This document shows, piece by piece, positions 24,064 through 37,615 of a DNA stretch of 64,000 bases. Every line of letters starts with the position of its first letter. Positions within the stretch are counted from its first letter, which is position 1. The translations under genes and the position numbers were made by a program. This DNA comes from Balanoglossus misakiensis. Lineage: Eukaryota > Animalia > Hemichordata. Below the pieces are notes generated by a model. It ran no database searches. It was not told where the DNA came from and was given only the letters and a program-made list of their open reading frames with translations. The stretch covers positions 15,007,129 through 15,071,128 of the forward strand of contig CM082576.2 of NCBI GenBank assembly GCA_040954595.2. Reading direction: 5' to 3'.

Positions 24064-27000
24064 ATGAGTTCAATCGGTACTGGGGTAAGTCTTACAGCTT
24101 TTCAATTTCCCGTTTACCTCGCTTTAGTGAACGAGCGAAAACTTGTCCTCAGTGAATCGCAACCACGGTACACCATGTGCTTGCGACACCGGGTGACAGT
24201 GAGTTGACAAAACTTGAACAGCCCGGGGTTGTTGTATGGTGACTATGGGTGATGCCATGGATGGATGGATCATGTTCACAGCACATCAATGCCGTGGAAA
24301 AAAGCGACTGGCTCCAGTATTGATCACATTCAAGTGTTGAATAAATAGTATCGAGCCTTTTGTTACACACCAGAAATGGAAAAGGGGAAATACTCATTTC
24401 CAGTTCCACTGCATTCTCTGTCAGCAGAGTCAGTAGAATGGAAATGAACATGAAAATTAGTGAACCATTTGAACATCCAACAGACTTTTAAAGTGTAGGA
24501 CATTCATTACTTTTAATCATTTAATTTGATATGACCAATTATTATAATGTATAAAAGTAAGTATTTACAATTCCAAGCAATGATTTCTTTGATGCTGTCA
24601 ATTACAATACAGTATATTGGAATACATCATCATGTGGGCATGAGACTGTGATTACATATTTATGACATACCCCAAATTGGTACGATATTATCACATTGTA
24701 GGTTTTGCTATAATGACTGGTTGTCCATAGATCAGATCATCAGCATTCAAACTGCTATTTATCAGATATGATTTGAGTTTTAGTTTGTCCCAAAAGCAAG
24801 ATGGCATCGTGCATATGCATGACTCATGAAAAACCTGTGGAGAGTTAATGCCATATTGTTTTGAGATAAATAAATTGAAATTATGCCCTGGAATAAACTG
24901 ATTTTAAACATGATTTATTAAAACTGACATTGATTTAAATTTCACAGCATATTTGTTCTTCCATTTTGTTGACATTATACTATAGACTACTCTTAATTAG
25001 AAAGCAGATTTCAAGTCTTTTCAATTTATGAGTTGTCTGTTCAGGAATAAGCTGGCCTCTTGGATCATTTTGATAAGTGTTTTTCTTTAGAACTACACTA
25101 AGTACCCATCCGAGATCTTCATTGTTTGTACAAAGTAGTATTCAGCAGATATGAACAGCGCCCTCAATTGGCAAAACTTGCAGGTTCTCTTTGAGAAAGC
25201 CGAAAATGTGAAATAACTTTTTTAATGGTTTAATCTCTCCACAGTATGATCTATCTGCGTCTCAGTTTTCACCTGATGGGAGAGTATTTCAAGTTGAATA
25301 TGCACTTAAAGCTGTAGAAAACAGTGGGTGAGTAGAGAAAATTGTGCATTTGTTCAGAAAATAAAAGTTATATCTGCCGTGTAGAGAGTAAGCTGAAGTT
25401 AGTATACTCATACATTGTGAACCAACAAGTTGCATTACCCAATTTGCTGACCCTTCATTTCAGCACTGCTGTTGGTATACGTGGCAAAGATGGTGTGGTG
25501 TTTGGAGTGGAAAAACTTGTCTTGTCTAAGCTCTATGAAGCAGGGGCCAACAAAAGAATATTCCATATTGACAGGCATATTGGCATGGTAAGTGTCTTTG
25601 TATGAATTGTTCCAGTCTTTTGAAATCTTTTCAACATGTATTGAGTATTCTCTATAACTATTAAAAGTTCTGTGTACATTGGTTTTAAAGTATACATTTA
25701 TGTTACATACATACCAGAAGTTGATGGAAAAATGTTTTTTGTTTGCCAACTGCATACATTCTGGTTAATGTCTAAATAATCTTAGATCTGTAAATGTGTG
25801 AAATATTTGTATGTACTAATTATAGTATTATCATTTCCTCTGTAGGCTGTACTAATTATAGTATTATCATTTCCTCTGTAGGCTGTTGCTGGTCTTCTTG
25901 CAGATGCTAGACAGGTAAAAGTCTTGCTTACGCTTGTTTCCAAGAAATTGCATGTGAGGTTGACACAGACATTAGCATGCTTTCATGTGTTTTGCTTTTT
26001 CTGTCTCTTGTTTAGTAATTTTCAGAAAGTGACATTAAATGAAAGTGACTGCAGCTTGATTTGACTTCTACAATGTATGCTGTCACTGCACCAACGCCAC
26101 ACTTACTGTCTGCGAGTGTGAGTATTATGTAATTGACAACTTAATTATTTTACATTTTAGATTGTTGAAACTGCCAGAGAAGAAGCTGCTAATTACAGAT
26201 CTGTGTATGGTTCTCCCATTCCTCTCAAGGTAAATTCTGCAGTTTCCACTTGCCACATAAGGCAATCCCAGTCTGTGCTCCTATTTGCCATGTATACACA
26301 TGACAGTATAGGCTGGAGAAAAAGGCTGAATGTTCTTTGTTTGTTCAATTGATAATTTTGTACAAGTAATCATCCACCTGTAATATGTTGTTTATGGATA
26401 TGAAATACTTTACTTGCTGGACACTGTCTTTGACTACATGTCCAAACAGTTTCTTTTTTTTTCAATCCGCACAATTTCCATTCCAAAATTCATGTCATTT
26501 CGCAGAATATTTCACACCAATTACCCTGGAGTTTCACAATCAAAATATTCCTGTTTATATAACCTGCTAGTTTATAGCTCTTTTGTGTGTTGACGTCTAA
26601 CATTATCAGTTGTAGGTACCAAGTATATACCTGTAAACGTGTATAATAATATTAGCAGTGGACTTGTCTTCATACATCCCAATCCCTTCAGCTGCAATAG
26701 CCCTTGTCTTTCTCAAAACTGTGAGACTTTAAACAAAAATAATAATGACAACAGGAATTCTCTTCTAATGTGAATGATTCCCAGAACTTCCGACAAAAAT
26801 TATCAGGAATGTGTCCCCTCGTAACCATGCAAACATATTTTTGGTACAAAATTTGTACTTAGATTATACTGTATGCATATGTTAGCTATAAATTTTAATT
26901 TGTGTACAAAGCATCTGACATAAACTTTTCTCTGATATTCAGTACCTTACAGATAGAGTAGCTATGTACATTCACCAGTACACACTGTATAGCTCCATTA

Positions 27001-28889
27001 GACCATTTGGTTGTAGGTAAGTTTCCTTTACAGTCAGAAGATCTCTCCTCTTCTTATGTGTTGTGGTATGTCAAAGTGTATGATAAATGGCCTATGTGTG
27101 ATGTCTGCGTCTTAATAGAAAGAACAATTGTGAAAGGGACAAAGTCTCTCTCTCACTGCCCTTTTTCCATTAATTATGTTTGATACAAGACACTGTTTTT
27201 TTTATTCTACATTTGGATATACTGTATAATAGATGACCGTTCGACCACACACAACTTTCATTCCGTTTGTATGATATGAGAATAAAAACTTGCCCAAAAT
27301 GAATAAATGGTAAAGACTGATTATTCATTTTGGCGAGTTTTTTCACTTTTGTATCTACAAGCGGGATGGAAAGTGTGTGTGGTTGAACTTGATTCACTAT
27401 ATATCACACACTTGGTTAATTTAGTTAAGTTTCGGGACTGTTGCAGATTGTGGCGTAAGATCAACTAACAATTTTGTTTTCATTATGTGATAAATCTGTA
27501 TGTCTACAGAAAATGAATTTTTCTTTTTCTATTTTTACTCAGTTTTATATTGAGTTCATATGACCAGGATGGTGCACACATGTATTGTATAGATCCCTCA
27601 GGAGTGGCATTGGTATGTAACTGGTTTTTTTTTCAATGGTTCAAAACAAATGTTGCATCTATGGGGATTTACTAAGCAAATGTCTGACAGCTGATTTGTA
27701 AGCAAGTGGATAGAATAACATGAAAGTCTCTTTCTGGTTATAATTTCAAATTTGGTGATCACAATTTGATGAAAAAAAATGAAAATTTCAATCTGAGCAA
27801 GTTGTTGAATGTAGTTTGGCCATTACAGTGAATCTTAGGTTGACATTTTATGTCTGATTATGCTTCTAATCTAACATCTACAATTTTAATGTTTATTGAA
27901 TACTTCTGTTATTATCAGATTTTCTTTTTTTTTTTGCTCTTACAAAGGGTTACCATGGTTGTGCGACAGGAAAGGCAAAACAAGCTGCAAAGACAGAAAT
28001 AGAAAAACTGAAAATGCAAGATATGTCAATGAAAGACCTAGTGAAAGAAGTCGCTAAAATGTAAGTCCAGTCTGCACAAGAAGTGGCCTTTTCCAGTACC
28101 GTTTTATCGTGGGTGTTGTGGTTTGGCATTTTCAGAGATTATTTGTTGATTGTGAAAGACTGCACTGGCCATTTCTGGAACAGGGCTGTGATGGAGTGAC
28201 AAGTTTGAATTTGCCCGATGTCTTACACTACACACATGCTGGAATTTACGACTTTGTGACACAGCTGGCTCACAGTGCTAAAACTGCATAATTTACAGAG
28301 TGAAATCAGATTGGGTGAAATAAAAAGAAAAAGCTTAACATTGCCATTATTGGCATGCCAGATAATTCCTTCAGATCTTACCTTTTACTGAAAAAAACAG
28401 TATTTTGTACATTTTGTTGGTTTTCCACATTTTTATCACCAATGTGAATTAATATAAACTATATATGTTTTTTCTCCCTCAAAACCAAATAGAATTTATA
28501 TAGTTCACGATGAAGTCAAGGACAAATCGTTTGAGTTGGAACTAAGTTGGGTTGGTGAAGCAACCAATGGTAAACATCAGTTAGTTCCCAAGGATATTGC
28601 TGTGGAGGCTGAGAAATATGCAAAGGTAAATAGATGAAATCAAAGGAAATTTAAGCTTTCTACTGTCTATGGCAAAATCCAGTATTTGAATTGATAAGAA
28701 TCTTGTATACAATAGACAAAATGAATTATTAGTGAAGTCTCATAGCAGTAAGATGTGTGAATTTCCTCCTATGTTGTATTTTTATGATTAACGATTTGTT
28801 AAAATTCATTCTTTGATTCAACTTTGCACATTTTATCTCGACAGGAATCATTGGAAGAGGAAAGTGATTCAGATGACGACGATCTCTAA
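24064..28889 (+). CDS. PSMA3: Proteasome subunit alpha type-3 (alpha7); spliced
   Basis: Exons 24064-24084, 25245-25327, 25464-25587, 25882-25914, 26161-26229, 26943-27016, 27543-27612, 27948-28060, 28493-28625, 28845-28889. [27 protein letters not shown]..., [35 protein letters not shown] and acidic tail [14 protein letters not shown]. Confidence 0.97.
25812..25883 (+). repeat. 36-bp perfect tandem duplication spanning the PSMA3 exon-4 splice acceptor
   Basis: tgtactaattatagtattatcatttcctctgtaggc occurs twice (25812-25847, 25848-25883). Confidence 0.95.
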
Positions 28890-30418
28890 GCTCAAGTGCA
28901 CACCAAAACAAGTGTTCAATACAATATTTTTTCGTGATGTCATTTTAGAAGGTCTGCCCTTGACCATGTTTGCTTGGACTGTTTCATGGTTATCTCAGTT
29001 TAAGTACAGAGTTGAACCCAGAGAAATTCATTCCAAGTCTTTAAATGCAGGATTTTGGATATACACCAGTGACTTCATATTACCATATAGTGATGGATTT
29101 ATCATGGGCAAGATACAGATTCTTTTGCCTACATTAAAGTCATTTAACTTTATTTAAAAAATGGAATTGTAGGTCATTCAGTGTTCTTTAATGAAATAGC
29201 AACAGGTTAATGCCATGTTTGAGAGGAAAGACAAATAGACACTCTTATGTCAGTGCACAATTTTCAGTATAAACCTGTATCAATTTTGTGTAATAGTGAA
29301 CATTTCTTTTATAGGGTAAAACCAAAATATCCTTTTCAATAAATCTGTCATGAAATTCTCCATGACGCTGTCTCAGTGTTTTACTCAGTTTATGTGTGAT
29401 TGGTTGCAGGTGTATTGTACCGTTATCAAATTGCAAGTGGGTTTATTTTGTTCTCAAATGATAACCCAAATGATAATTACACATCCTAATGATGAATATA
29501 TTACCACAAAAAGAGCTACAATACATGGAAATTCATTTCTGATGACATATATACTAAGTGCTAATAGAAAGGTTTCTACACAAGTAAGGTACAAAGAGTT
29601 TCCATGACTTCTCTCCACCATTAGATTTCCTTATTTAAGAAATTTTAAAACACAATAGCTTACACCATTTTATAAAACTGGAATCCTGCATGTCGTCACG
29701 AATATCTATCAATACTGTCTAAACTATCTCCTATAAAAGTGTGCATGAATAAGAAAATATATTGAGGGTTTATGAAGTTTGCTCCAGTGAGAATTTGAAA
29801 CCAATGATCATCAACCTTTAACTCTAAAAAGTTTTTACATTACAACTGTACTTGCAGCAAACGTTACAAAATTATAAACTTTCCTCAAATTTTTCTATGG
29901 TCAATTGAAATTGCACAAGAAAATAGTATATTGGGATAATTTATGTATTATACTTATTTCAGTATGTTTAGGTCAAAGAAATAAAACTTTGCAGACTGGC
30001 AATGAATGAATGATTGAAGAAAAACAAGAAATGTCCGAAGAGCTTGAGTAGCATTGTATGTCTCTACACCAACTAATAGTGCTGTAAATGAATAAACAAG
30101 CAAAAATCCCAGCTGTTTATCACCAAGAAGAGTTTTTTGCAAAGAAAGGTATTTAAACGTGCGTCCCAAAAACCTGTGCTCTATTTTTTCCACATTTTGG
30201 CCATATTTATCATCTTCACAAAGACCACCAATACTTGACAAGTATTTCTAAAATCTACACATTGTTGAATGTTAATATTTCTAAAATGATAGGATGATGT
30301 GAAAGATTTTCTCAGTAATAGTTTGTACAAATATTCTTGGCTGTGATGGGTCTTGCAAGCTGGCAACACACCATCTTCGTTGAAAGTAGCTTTAAAATGT
30401 CCAATCCTTCATGTAGTG

Positions 30419-32000
30419 TCACGTTGATGCTGGAAGATCGGCCTGAACAAGACCAATGTATTGGAGCAGCATCCACATTCTTGATGGCAGGAATACATAT
30501 GCGGAGTAACAGGTCATTCCCATGGTGGTTATGATGATTGTATCTGATCGGCTATCGGTCAAGGGCATATATCATGTCTTGTGTAGAAGTGTGGATGTGT
30601 GCCTGCAAACCACAAGCCAGATTACCAGTACTATGCACTAATAAGCATCCTCATCGCTATAGTAACATATTAATTCCAGTCAGCTATCAGCCACACTCTA
30701 CTGATACACTTTTTACGGTATGTGCGCTAGATGACAAATCCATGGCCCAAACTAGACAGTTTTTGGTAGTTTGGTCAGGGAGAAGAGACATATTAGCCCA
30801 TCGTGTATTTATCTTGGTTACTTTTCAAGCATTTCCAAACGATGTACATCATGCACACACAAATAGTTCACGATGGAAACTATATTAAACAGCTAAAACT
30901 GCTCCTTTTTTTTATAAAGCAAAGCAAAGTTATGTCGTTTCTTCTTTGATATTTGGTGGAATTGAAAATACTACGCCAAATTTAAGTCAACAAGAATCAT
31001 CAAAAGTATAGCGATTGATTTCCAGGAAATCCGAAAGATCGTTGTCTATGATGTAAATGAGTCTTTAGCTAACATGACCGATTAATGCAAATATTTGAAC
31101 ACCGTTATATTACACGAGCTGGTGAATAATCAATCTTTGTTTGATGTCATGATGTACATAGTAAATGAAATAGAAAATTGTATGTCTGGTTAATCAGTAA
31201 AAACCTTCGTGCTTTCGTTCGCTCTGTATATTTGTGTAGTGTTTTATAGATGTGGTTGTGTGTTTACGGGACTTATACACACACGGTGTCACTGCCAAGA
31301 AAAGGAATACTATTCAATTTGACATAGCGGACATCCAACTCGTCTGTTCTCGTCGTCCATAAGTCCTCTCTACAAAATATGTTCGGGAAGACTAAAACAC
31401 GTGATACCATCACAGTCAGAGTATATTTGGTTTGTGTTGAATTTGCTCTCTGCCTTTTTAATGAACGTGTTCCCGTTTTCCCTTATAATTTATTACACTC
31501 TACGTTGTTTAAGCAAACAAAAAATTGAGATATCTTGCGTTTTTATTGCTTATAAACCCATAAATATGGAGCAGAGCCTATACATATTGCAACGTATACC
31601 CATTACTCGTTTCCAAACACATTGTTGGCAATAACGTGTTTGCTTTTCTCGAGTAATTCATTAACTTTAATATTAAAACATGTGTCTTTGCAAATAAGGC
31701 TAGTTTCCATGCTTCTCGCAATTGAAGTCCCGGTTTCAACGTAAATCAAAGCTTCGTTAACTGTACTGTTATACATTGCGACATTTCTCTTACATATCCC
31801 ACACCTGTAAATTAATTACATCGAGAAGATTTACTGTTTTACGATGAATAATAGTATGTCAACGTGTATATGAAAAGGATACATATTACCGCTGACTCGA
31901 TGGGTTCCAAGCCGACAAGTGTAGTCGCTACAAGCCATTGGAACCACCAATAGTACAAAGTCTTCTTCGTCTTCTCGTACAATTCCCAAAAAGTGGTCAT
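30419..32000 (-). CDS. Serine palmitoyltransferase small subunit paralogue (divergent ssSPT, 80 aa); two coding exons joined by a U12 intron; not in the ORF track
   Basis: Exons 31883-32000 and 30419-30543 give MTTFWELYEKTKKTLYYWWFQWLVATTLVGLEPIESAVIYTIIITTMGMTCYSAYVFLPSRMWMLLQYIGLVQADLPAST*. ssSPT signature W..Q....T....LEP.E ... Y.AYVF.P. Donor GTATCCTT and branch CCTTGAC 14 nt before the exon; same intron position and phase as the neighbouring SPTSS. Confidence 0.88.
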
Positions 32001-32561
32001 CCTGAGCTATAAGACCACTGTGTAAACAGGTCTGTGTGTGATTGGAGTGGATCTACGGCAGTAACTGTGTCCTGTGCTCAGCCCAGTCGAACCCCCCTCT
32101 AAAGTCTATGGTTACAGGTGGTTGTCTGTTTATCAGCGTACACGGATTAGGCCTGGAGATGTGCGGGTACAGTACATCGTTACAAAGTTCAACTTCGAAT
32201 TCGATCCACTCCACCGGGTCGCCCTCAACGATTACAACACGGTCACTAACATTACAAATTTTATTCGTTGTATCTATTCAAACAATTTGCTTTCTGAAGA
32301 TATTATCCCACAGTAGAACGACGATTTCATAATTCCAAACCGTTATTGATGGAGACGTAATCGTTTACGCATCGAAACGAGAGAAAAGAGCAGAAATTGT
32401 ATTTGTTTATCAGGATGCGACCTAAGGAATTAACTCTTTGAAATAAACATTTTTCAGTTAATTATCGAGTGCAGAATCCCCTTAAAGTATATATTTTCTG
32501 AAAGCTTAGATAAAGGGGAACATTTTTGGTTACTTCAGCTATCTCGTGACAAGCAAGTTTA

Positions 32562-32649
32562 TGGTGGTTGTGAAGATGATGATGGTGGTGGTTGTGATGA
32601 TGATGATGATGATGATGATGATGGTGATGGTGGTGGTGGTGGTGGTGAT
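32562..32649. repeat. (GAT)n/(GGT)n trinucleotide microsatellite
   Basis: Seen directly. Confidence 0.9.
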
Positions 32650-35644
32650 CTTAACACTATATCAAAGCAATCTGACGAACAGTTTCTGAGATTGTAGTAT
32701 TTTTACCAGAATAGCAAAACTGCCCGAAAAGTATCCTACTGATATTTTCACCATAATTTTGGTACATCATGCCAAATTGCGAATTAACTGCAGATTACGA
32801 GAAATTGAGTTTCTAACCAATAACGGCAAACATTGATATTGAAACATCATGGCCCTGATCATCGAATTTCAAAGCCCTCGGACAAACTGTGTCTGCATGA
32901 CCAAAGTACACCACGATCTGAATAAATCTTAAACAGAAAATCCCTGGATACTCATCCGAAATCGCTTTAGAGTGATTGAGCAAGCAGTAAGATAAGATTG
33001 TTGACCAAAAATGTCTAAAATTTCATCATGGTAGATTCTAGATACCAGCACAAAATAAACGAACACGTACAAGGTCCACCTGAGATACATGCAAACTAAC
33101 TTTCAAAGCAATCTGACCAGCTGTTCTTGAGAACTGATTTTTTTACCATTTTCACATTTTTCATCAAATTTACACATTTTTTTAATGACTTTATTTGAGC
33201 AAAATCTTTTGTTTTCTCAAGAGAGACATACAGCATGTGTAGCTATGAAAGCGAAGTGGCGGGTGGGGGTGAAAACGGCCTGTTGACTACCAAAACAGTT
33301 GACCATATTGACTCTGCGAAAATACAGTGGACCACTAAAATGGCATCAAATTGTTACATGAGGGCGCTGTCGACAGAAACTTAATCGCGCCCCCATTCGC
33401 GCCCCGTAACTACTTTTTAATAGTTGAAAATATTGAGCTAAAATATGTCAAACCCAATGAGGAAATGTTTCTAGAATATCTGTGTCAAATTTCTTTCACA
33501 AAGTCATTTCATTTGGAAGATAATTTAATTCTTGATCAGATTTATCACAAACCTTCGATTTTTCTTCCAAGGTAAAACTCCTATGCACATATTGCAAATG
33601 GGAGAGTAAAAGTTTGCTTGAGCAAAATATGAGAAAAAGTTTAAGACCTTGATTTTCAAGGTGAGTATTACCTTAATTAATGAACTTATGCATGTTATAT
33701 ATGGTGAGTTTTGGGTTTTTATTTGATACAAATGTTCTTGAGCAATATCACACAGACACTCACAAGTTGATGACAAACTTTATTTATTCACAGCACACCA
33801 TCTTCCTTTTCCTATAAAATACATAGAAATATACCCATCATAAAAGCAACACATTCATGAACAAACAAAATAAAAATACCAGTATACCAAAACACATACA
33901 GGAAGTAGTTCTGCATGCATGCATGATGTTCGTGACATTTTGAAAGATAGAGCAGACAATACATTATGAAACTGAAATGTTAACTGAAACGAGAAAAGTT
34001 TTTTTCTGAAAATGATAAAATAATGACATTTTAAAATACGTGGTGAATTACAACTTAGAGTCAACTGTAAAATTGACTTGATATGAACTGAATATGATTA
34101 TGTAGTTTGATAAAGACTGAAAATATGAAAATCAACAATTGTCATGAAATATGTTTCTCTTATAGTGCAACTACAAGTTTACATTGTAGCAAGTTTTATT
34201 GAGTGCAGACTGTAATTTTGGAAATTACAAAAGTTCATTAATTATGCAAATAATCAGAAATTAACCAGCTACAACTGTAGTACCTTCGCAACCTTGTGAA
34301 TAAGGTATCTGTAGCTGGTTTCATCAAATTTGGTTGTTCTGTGTATCTGACAATGTTGTCGCTGTGATCGCCAAGCTTGTAAAACAGTTGCTGAATTTGG
34401 ATTTCAAAGTTTAACTGAATGACATAGTGACTGTAAATCAGATTTTGCTCATAGTTGAGATGTAAATACATGAACCTAATTTAGTTGTTGCAACATTTCA
34501 AGTACAAACAGCACAATACAAAAAACAGTATGTATATTAAACAATGCAAATATCCATCTTTCATAAAGCATGATTATGTAGGCCTTACAACTATGAAAAC
34601 CATTACCCGGTTAATGACAATATTGGAATTCTAAACATCCTTGATAGCAGACATGCAAACAATGCTGAGATAGCACAAAACCTTCACTTACTCATGTATA
34701 CTATGTTTAGATTTGCTAAATTACATTACATCTAAGAAGAATGGAAAAGGTTCAACAAAAATAAACCACTGCAGTAGACAGTGGTGGGTAAAAACTAATC
34801 CTTACAACACATTATTCAATCAGTATGAGTGATTTGACTTTTGTTAGGAAATCATAAAAAAAAACATGCATGTATTGTAGTCAGATAAACTAAGAAGTCT
34901 TCATGTTACACTTTTTTGTTTCAGTTTGTAAAATTCATAAACTCCCTCCTGTTTCTGACAACAAGCTTTACACAATGATTCGCATCAAAGAAATTTTACC
35001 TAGATAATGCATACTGCAGCCTTTCTTGGAGAAAAGTAAATACATGAGGTACAATCTTAGGAGAACTTGAAGTATGGGAAGCTGTAATAACGATTGTCTA
35101 GAAATGAAAGTGTCAGCGTGTTGACTGTGTGAAGCATATATCATGAATTCAACCTTTCCATATTTCCTCAGTGTAGTACGGGTCACTGGACTTCACCAGG
35201 ATTTAACTGCAGCATCGGGGTTCCACTAAAGTCAGGTTTACCAGATCGGCATTAATTTAATTCAGCCATGAAGCGCACATTGACAATATCCATTTGTCCG
35301 TTCCACTTGTCACTGTCCGTTCCATTGTGTCTCTCTGTTTAAGGCCAAGAATTTCGACAGAGTGTTGCATCCTCATAGATTTTGGATAATTTTGAAAAAA
35401 ATAACCACATTATCTGTAAAAATTGTCATGATCGGTAACGTTTAGTTCTAAAAATGCACATTTGTTTTACAAGAAGAGAACATCAAAATCAACACCAGTT
35501 GATCTAAAAGTGAGTCATAAACTGTGATTTGTGCTTTGTGTTTTCCACAAAATCATCTTCCAACTTTCAAAATTTTCTGTAATTCTGAGGATGCAAAACA
35601 GAGAAATTCAACAGTATGGCCTTTAGAACAGCGTCAAATCATGG

Positions 35645-37106
35645 TTACGAGAGTCCCATGTACTGGAGATACATCTGGGCATGTGGTGGCATGAATAAAT
35701 ATGTGGTGTAAATTGACATTGCAATGAGCACACAGAATGCCGTATCTGGTAATGGTATTGTTAAGGAAACAGACAATAAAATGTAATCATGAAATACCAT
35801 TTGTTGCTAAGCTTGGAGAAAAACAGGTAACTGTTTGCAGAAGTCCTTGTATACTACACTACATTTGAAACTGTAGTACACAGCGAGTTATATGCCCAAG
35901 ATGAGGAACCAATAACTGCAATTTTTACCCTCATCTGGAACTGTAATTGATTATTTTTTATAGTAAAGTTGAAACGTTATTTATCACCTCAGATATCGTA
36001 ATCTTACTTTATTACTGTTAGTCTTGATTTTAGATATGACTCTCTTCTAAAAGGCCACTATCTGTAATTATTTTCTCGGTACATGTATTTTTGTTTTACG
36101 TATCAACTACATTTTCTTGTTCTCCTCCTACACTATCCCAACACTCCTAGTTTTCTGCTTGCCAACAAGTCATGCATAGCGTATTATACTGACGACTGTT
36201 TTTGTTGACAAATGCATTCAAGTCTGGACTTGAATACCATTTTTGAATAGTACAATGTCGACTGTGCACACAAGCTATGTTGAGAGGATCAACACTAAGC
36301 ATTTAACCTTACTTCAGGGAGTCAAAGAAGAAACCAGGGTTGATATATTGAACAAAAATACTGGAAAAATAGCCAAAAGTACAGATAGTGGACATTTAAA
36401 TTGTCACCAACATAGTGGACATTTAAATTGTCTATAGCAGCCGTTTTTACCCCCTCGTGACTGTAAGTTACCAGAATCATATGCTATTTCCCTCGGCCTG
36501 CGGCCTCGGGAAATAGCATATGATTCTGGTAACTCACAGCCCCTCAGGGGTGATAAACGGCTGCTATGGCCCTCATGGCCAGGCAATAGGTGTTCATTAA
36601 AGCCCTACCACTCCCTTGGCTGTTTGTGTCAGGGACAGATTCGTAGCAAACAAACCCCCACTGACATGACACTGGTTTACATTGTAACCTCTTTAAATTC
36701 TTTCCAGTATTTCAAAGTAAAAAATGTGGAAATTCGTAGTTTAGTCTGTACTGTGAAGATTTCAAGTTGTACGTATTATCGTGGGGAAGTAGCAGCTTCT
36801 ACTTCCCCGATTACCTCTAGGCTCAGCCTCTATGGTGGTACACACTGCACCACTATGGCTGCCGGAAGCTAATGTTATGTTACTAATACTAACAACACAC
36901 AGGCAATTAACATGAGCTAAAGATTGTTCGAACATTAACGTACCATTGGTAGAAAATTAACTCAAAGATAGCTGAAAGATAATCAACAGATTGGAAAGGA
37001 TACTAAGAACCACCCGTTCGACTGGTTCCAACATATAAAGCGACGTCACCAGGTTGTATTGTAACAACCAGTAGGCAAAGAGGTCGATCACTTTCTTCAA
37101 CGCCAT
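35645..37106 (-). CDS. SPTSSA: Serine palmitoyltransferase small subunit A-like (canonical ssSPT, 67 aa); U12 intron
   Basis: Exons 37004-37106 and 35645-35745: MALKKVIDLFAYWLLQYNLVTSLYMLEPVERVVLNTAFCVLIAMSIYTTYLFMPPHAQMYLQYMGLS*. LYMLEP and FMPxH as in ssSPTa. Donor GTATCCTTT, branch TTCCTTAAC close to the AG. Confidence 0.92.
36434..36567. repeat. Hairpin element inside the SPTSSA intron
   Basis: atagcagccgttt...aaacggctgctat outer arms, perfect inner stem agttaccagaatcatatgctatttccc and ctcggcctgcggcctcg loop; same architecture as 15861-16019. Confidence 0.7.
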
Positions 37107-37615
37107 TTTGGAAGCTATGTTTTGGGCGGGGCTACGCACTTCGTCATCCGGGTTGCAATATGGCTCCCGTGTGTACGTTCAAAAAAACAATGTGGCGCAA
37201 TGCGAATATAAATATTTCCGTTCATTACGTCAGGACATTTGTCACTCTATTGTCTTCCAATCAAAGATATGTTGCACGCAATAAAGGCGCTGGGTTATTA
37301 TGAGTCATCGTCAAAATCTGATTATCAGATGTAATAACCGTTGTTTACATAAACTTGATAAAGGGAAAACCATTTTATATCCTGGGGGTCTAGGAGAATA
37401 CTGGTGGTAAAAAGGGATTTATTCCCATTTGAACCCTTTTGTCAAATTTCTTTGTCTTTGAGGACAAAAAGGAGGACCTTTCTTTCCTACATTCTAAAAT
37501 TGGCAGTGTGAGAATCTTTGGATATGGCCATCATTGTTCCACCGACCCCCAGACTAAAAAACGATGGCTACCTTACTACTAAAACACGGGAGCTCGGGTT
37601 TTCATGGCTTCGCTT

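Noticed and set aside
30337-32332. Plus-strand ORFs 30337-30534, 30538-30888, 31401-31634, 32042-32332
   Set aside because: They are antisense shadows or flanks of the minus-strand SPTSS paralogue with no protein motifs.
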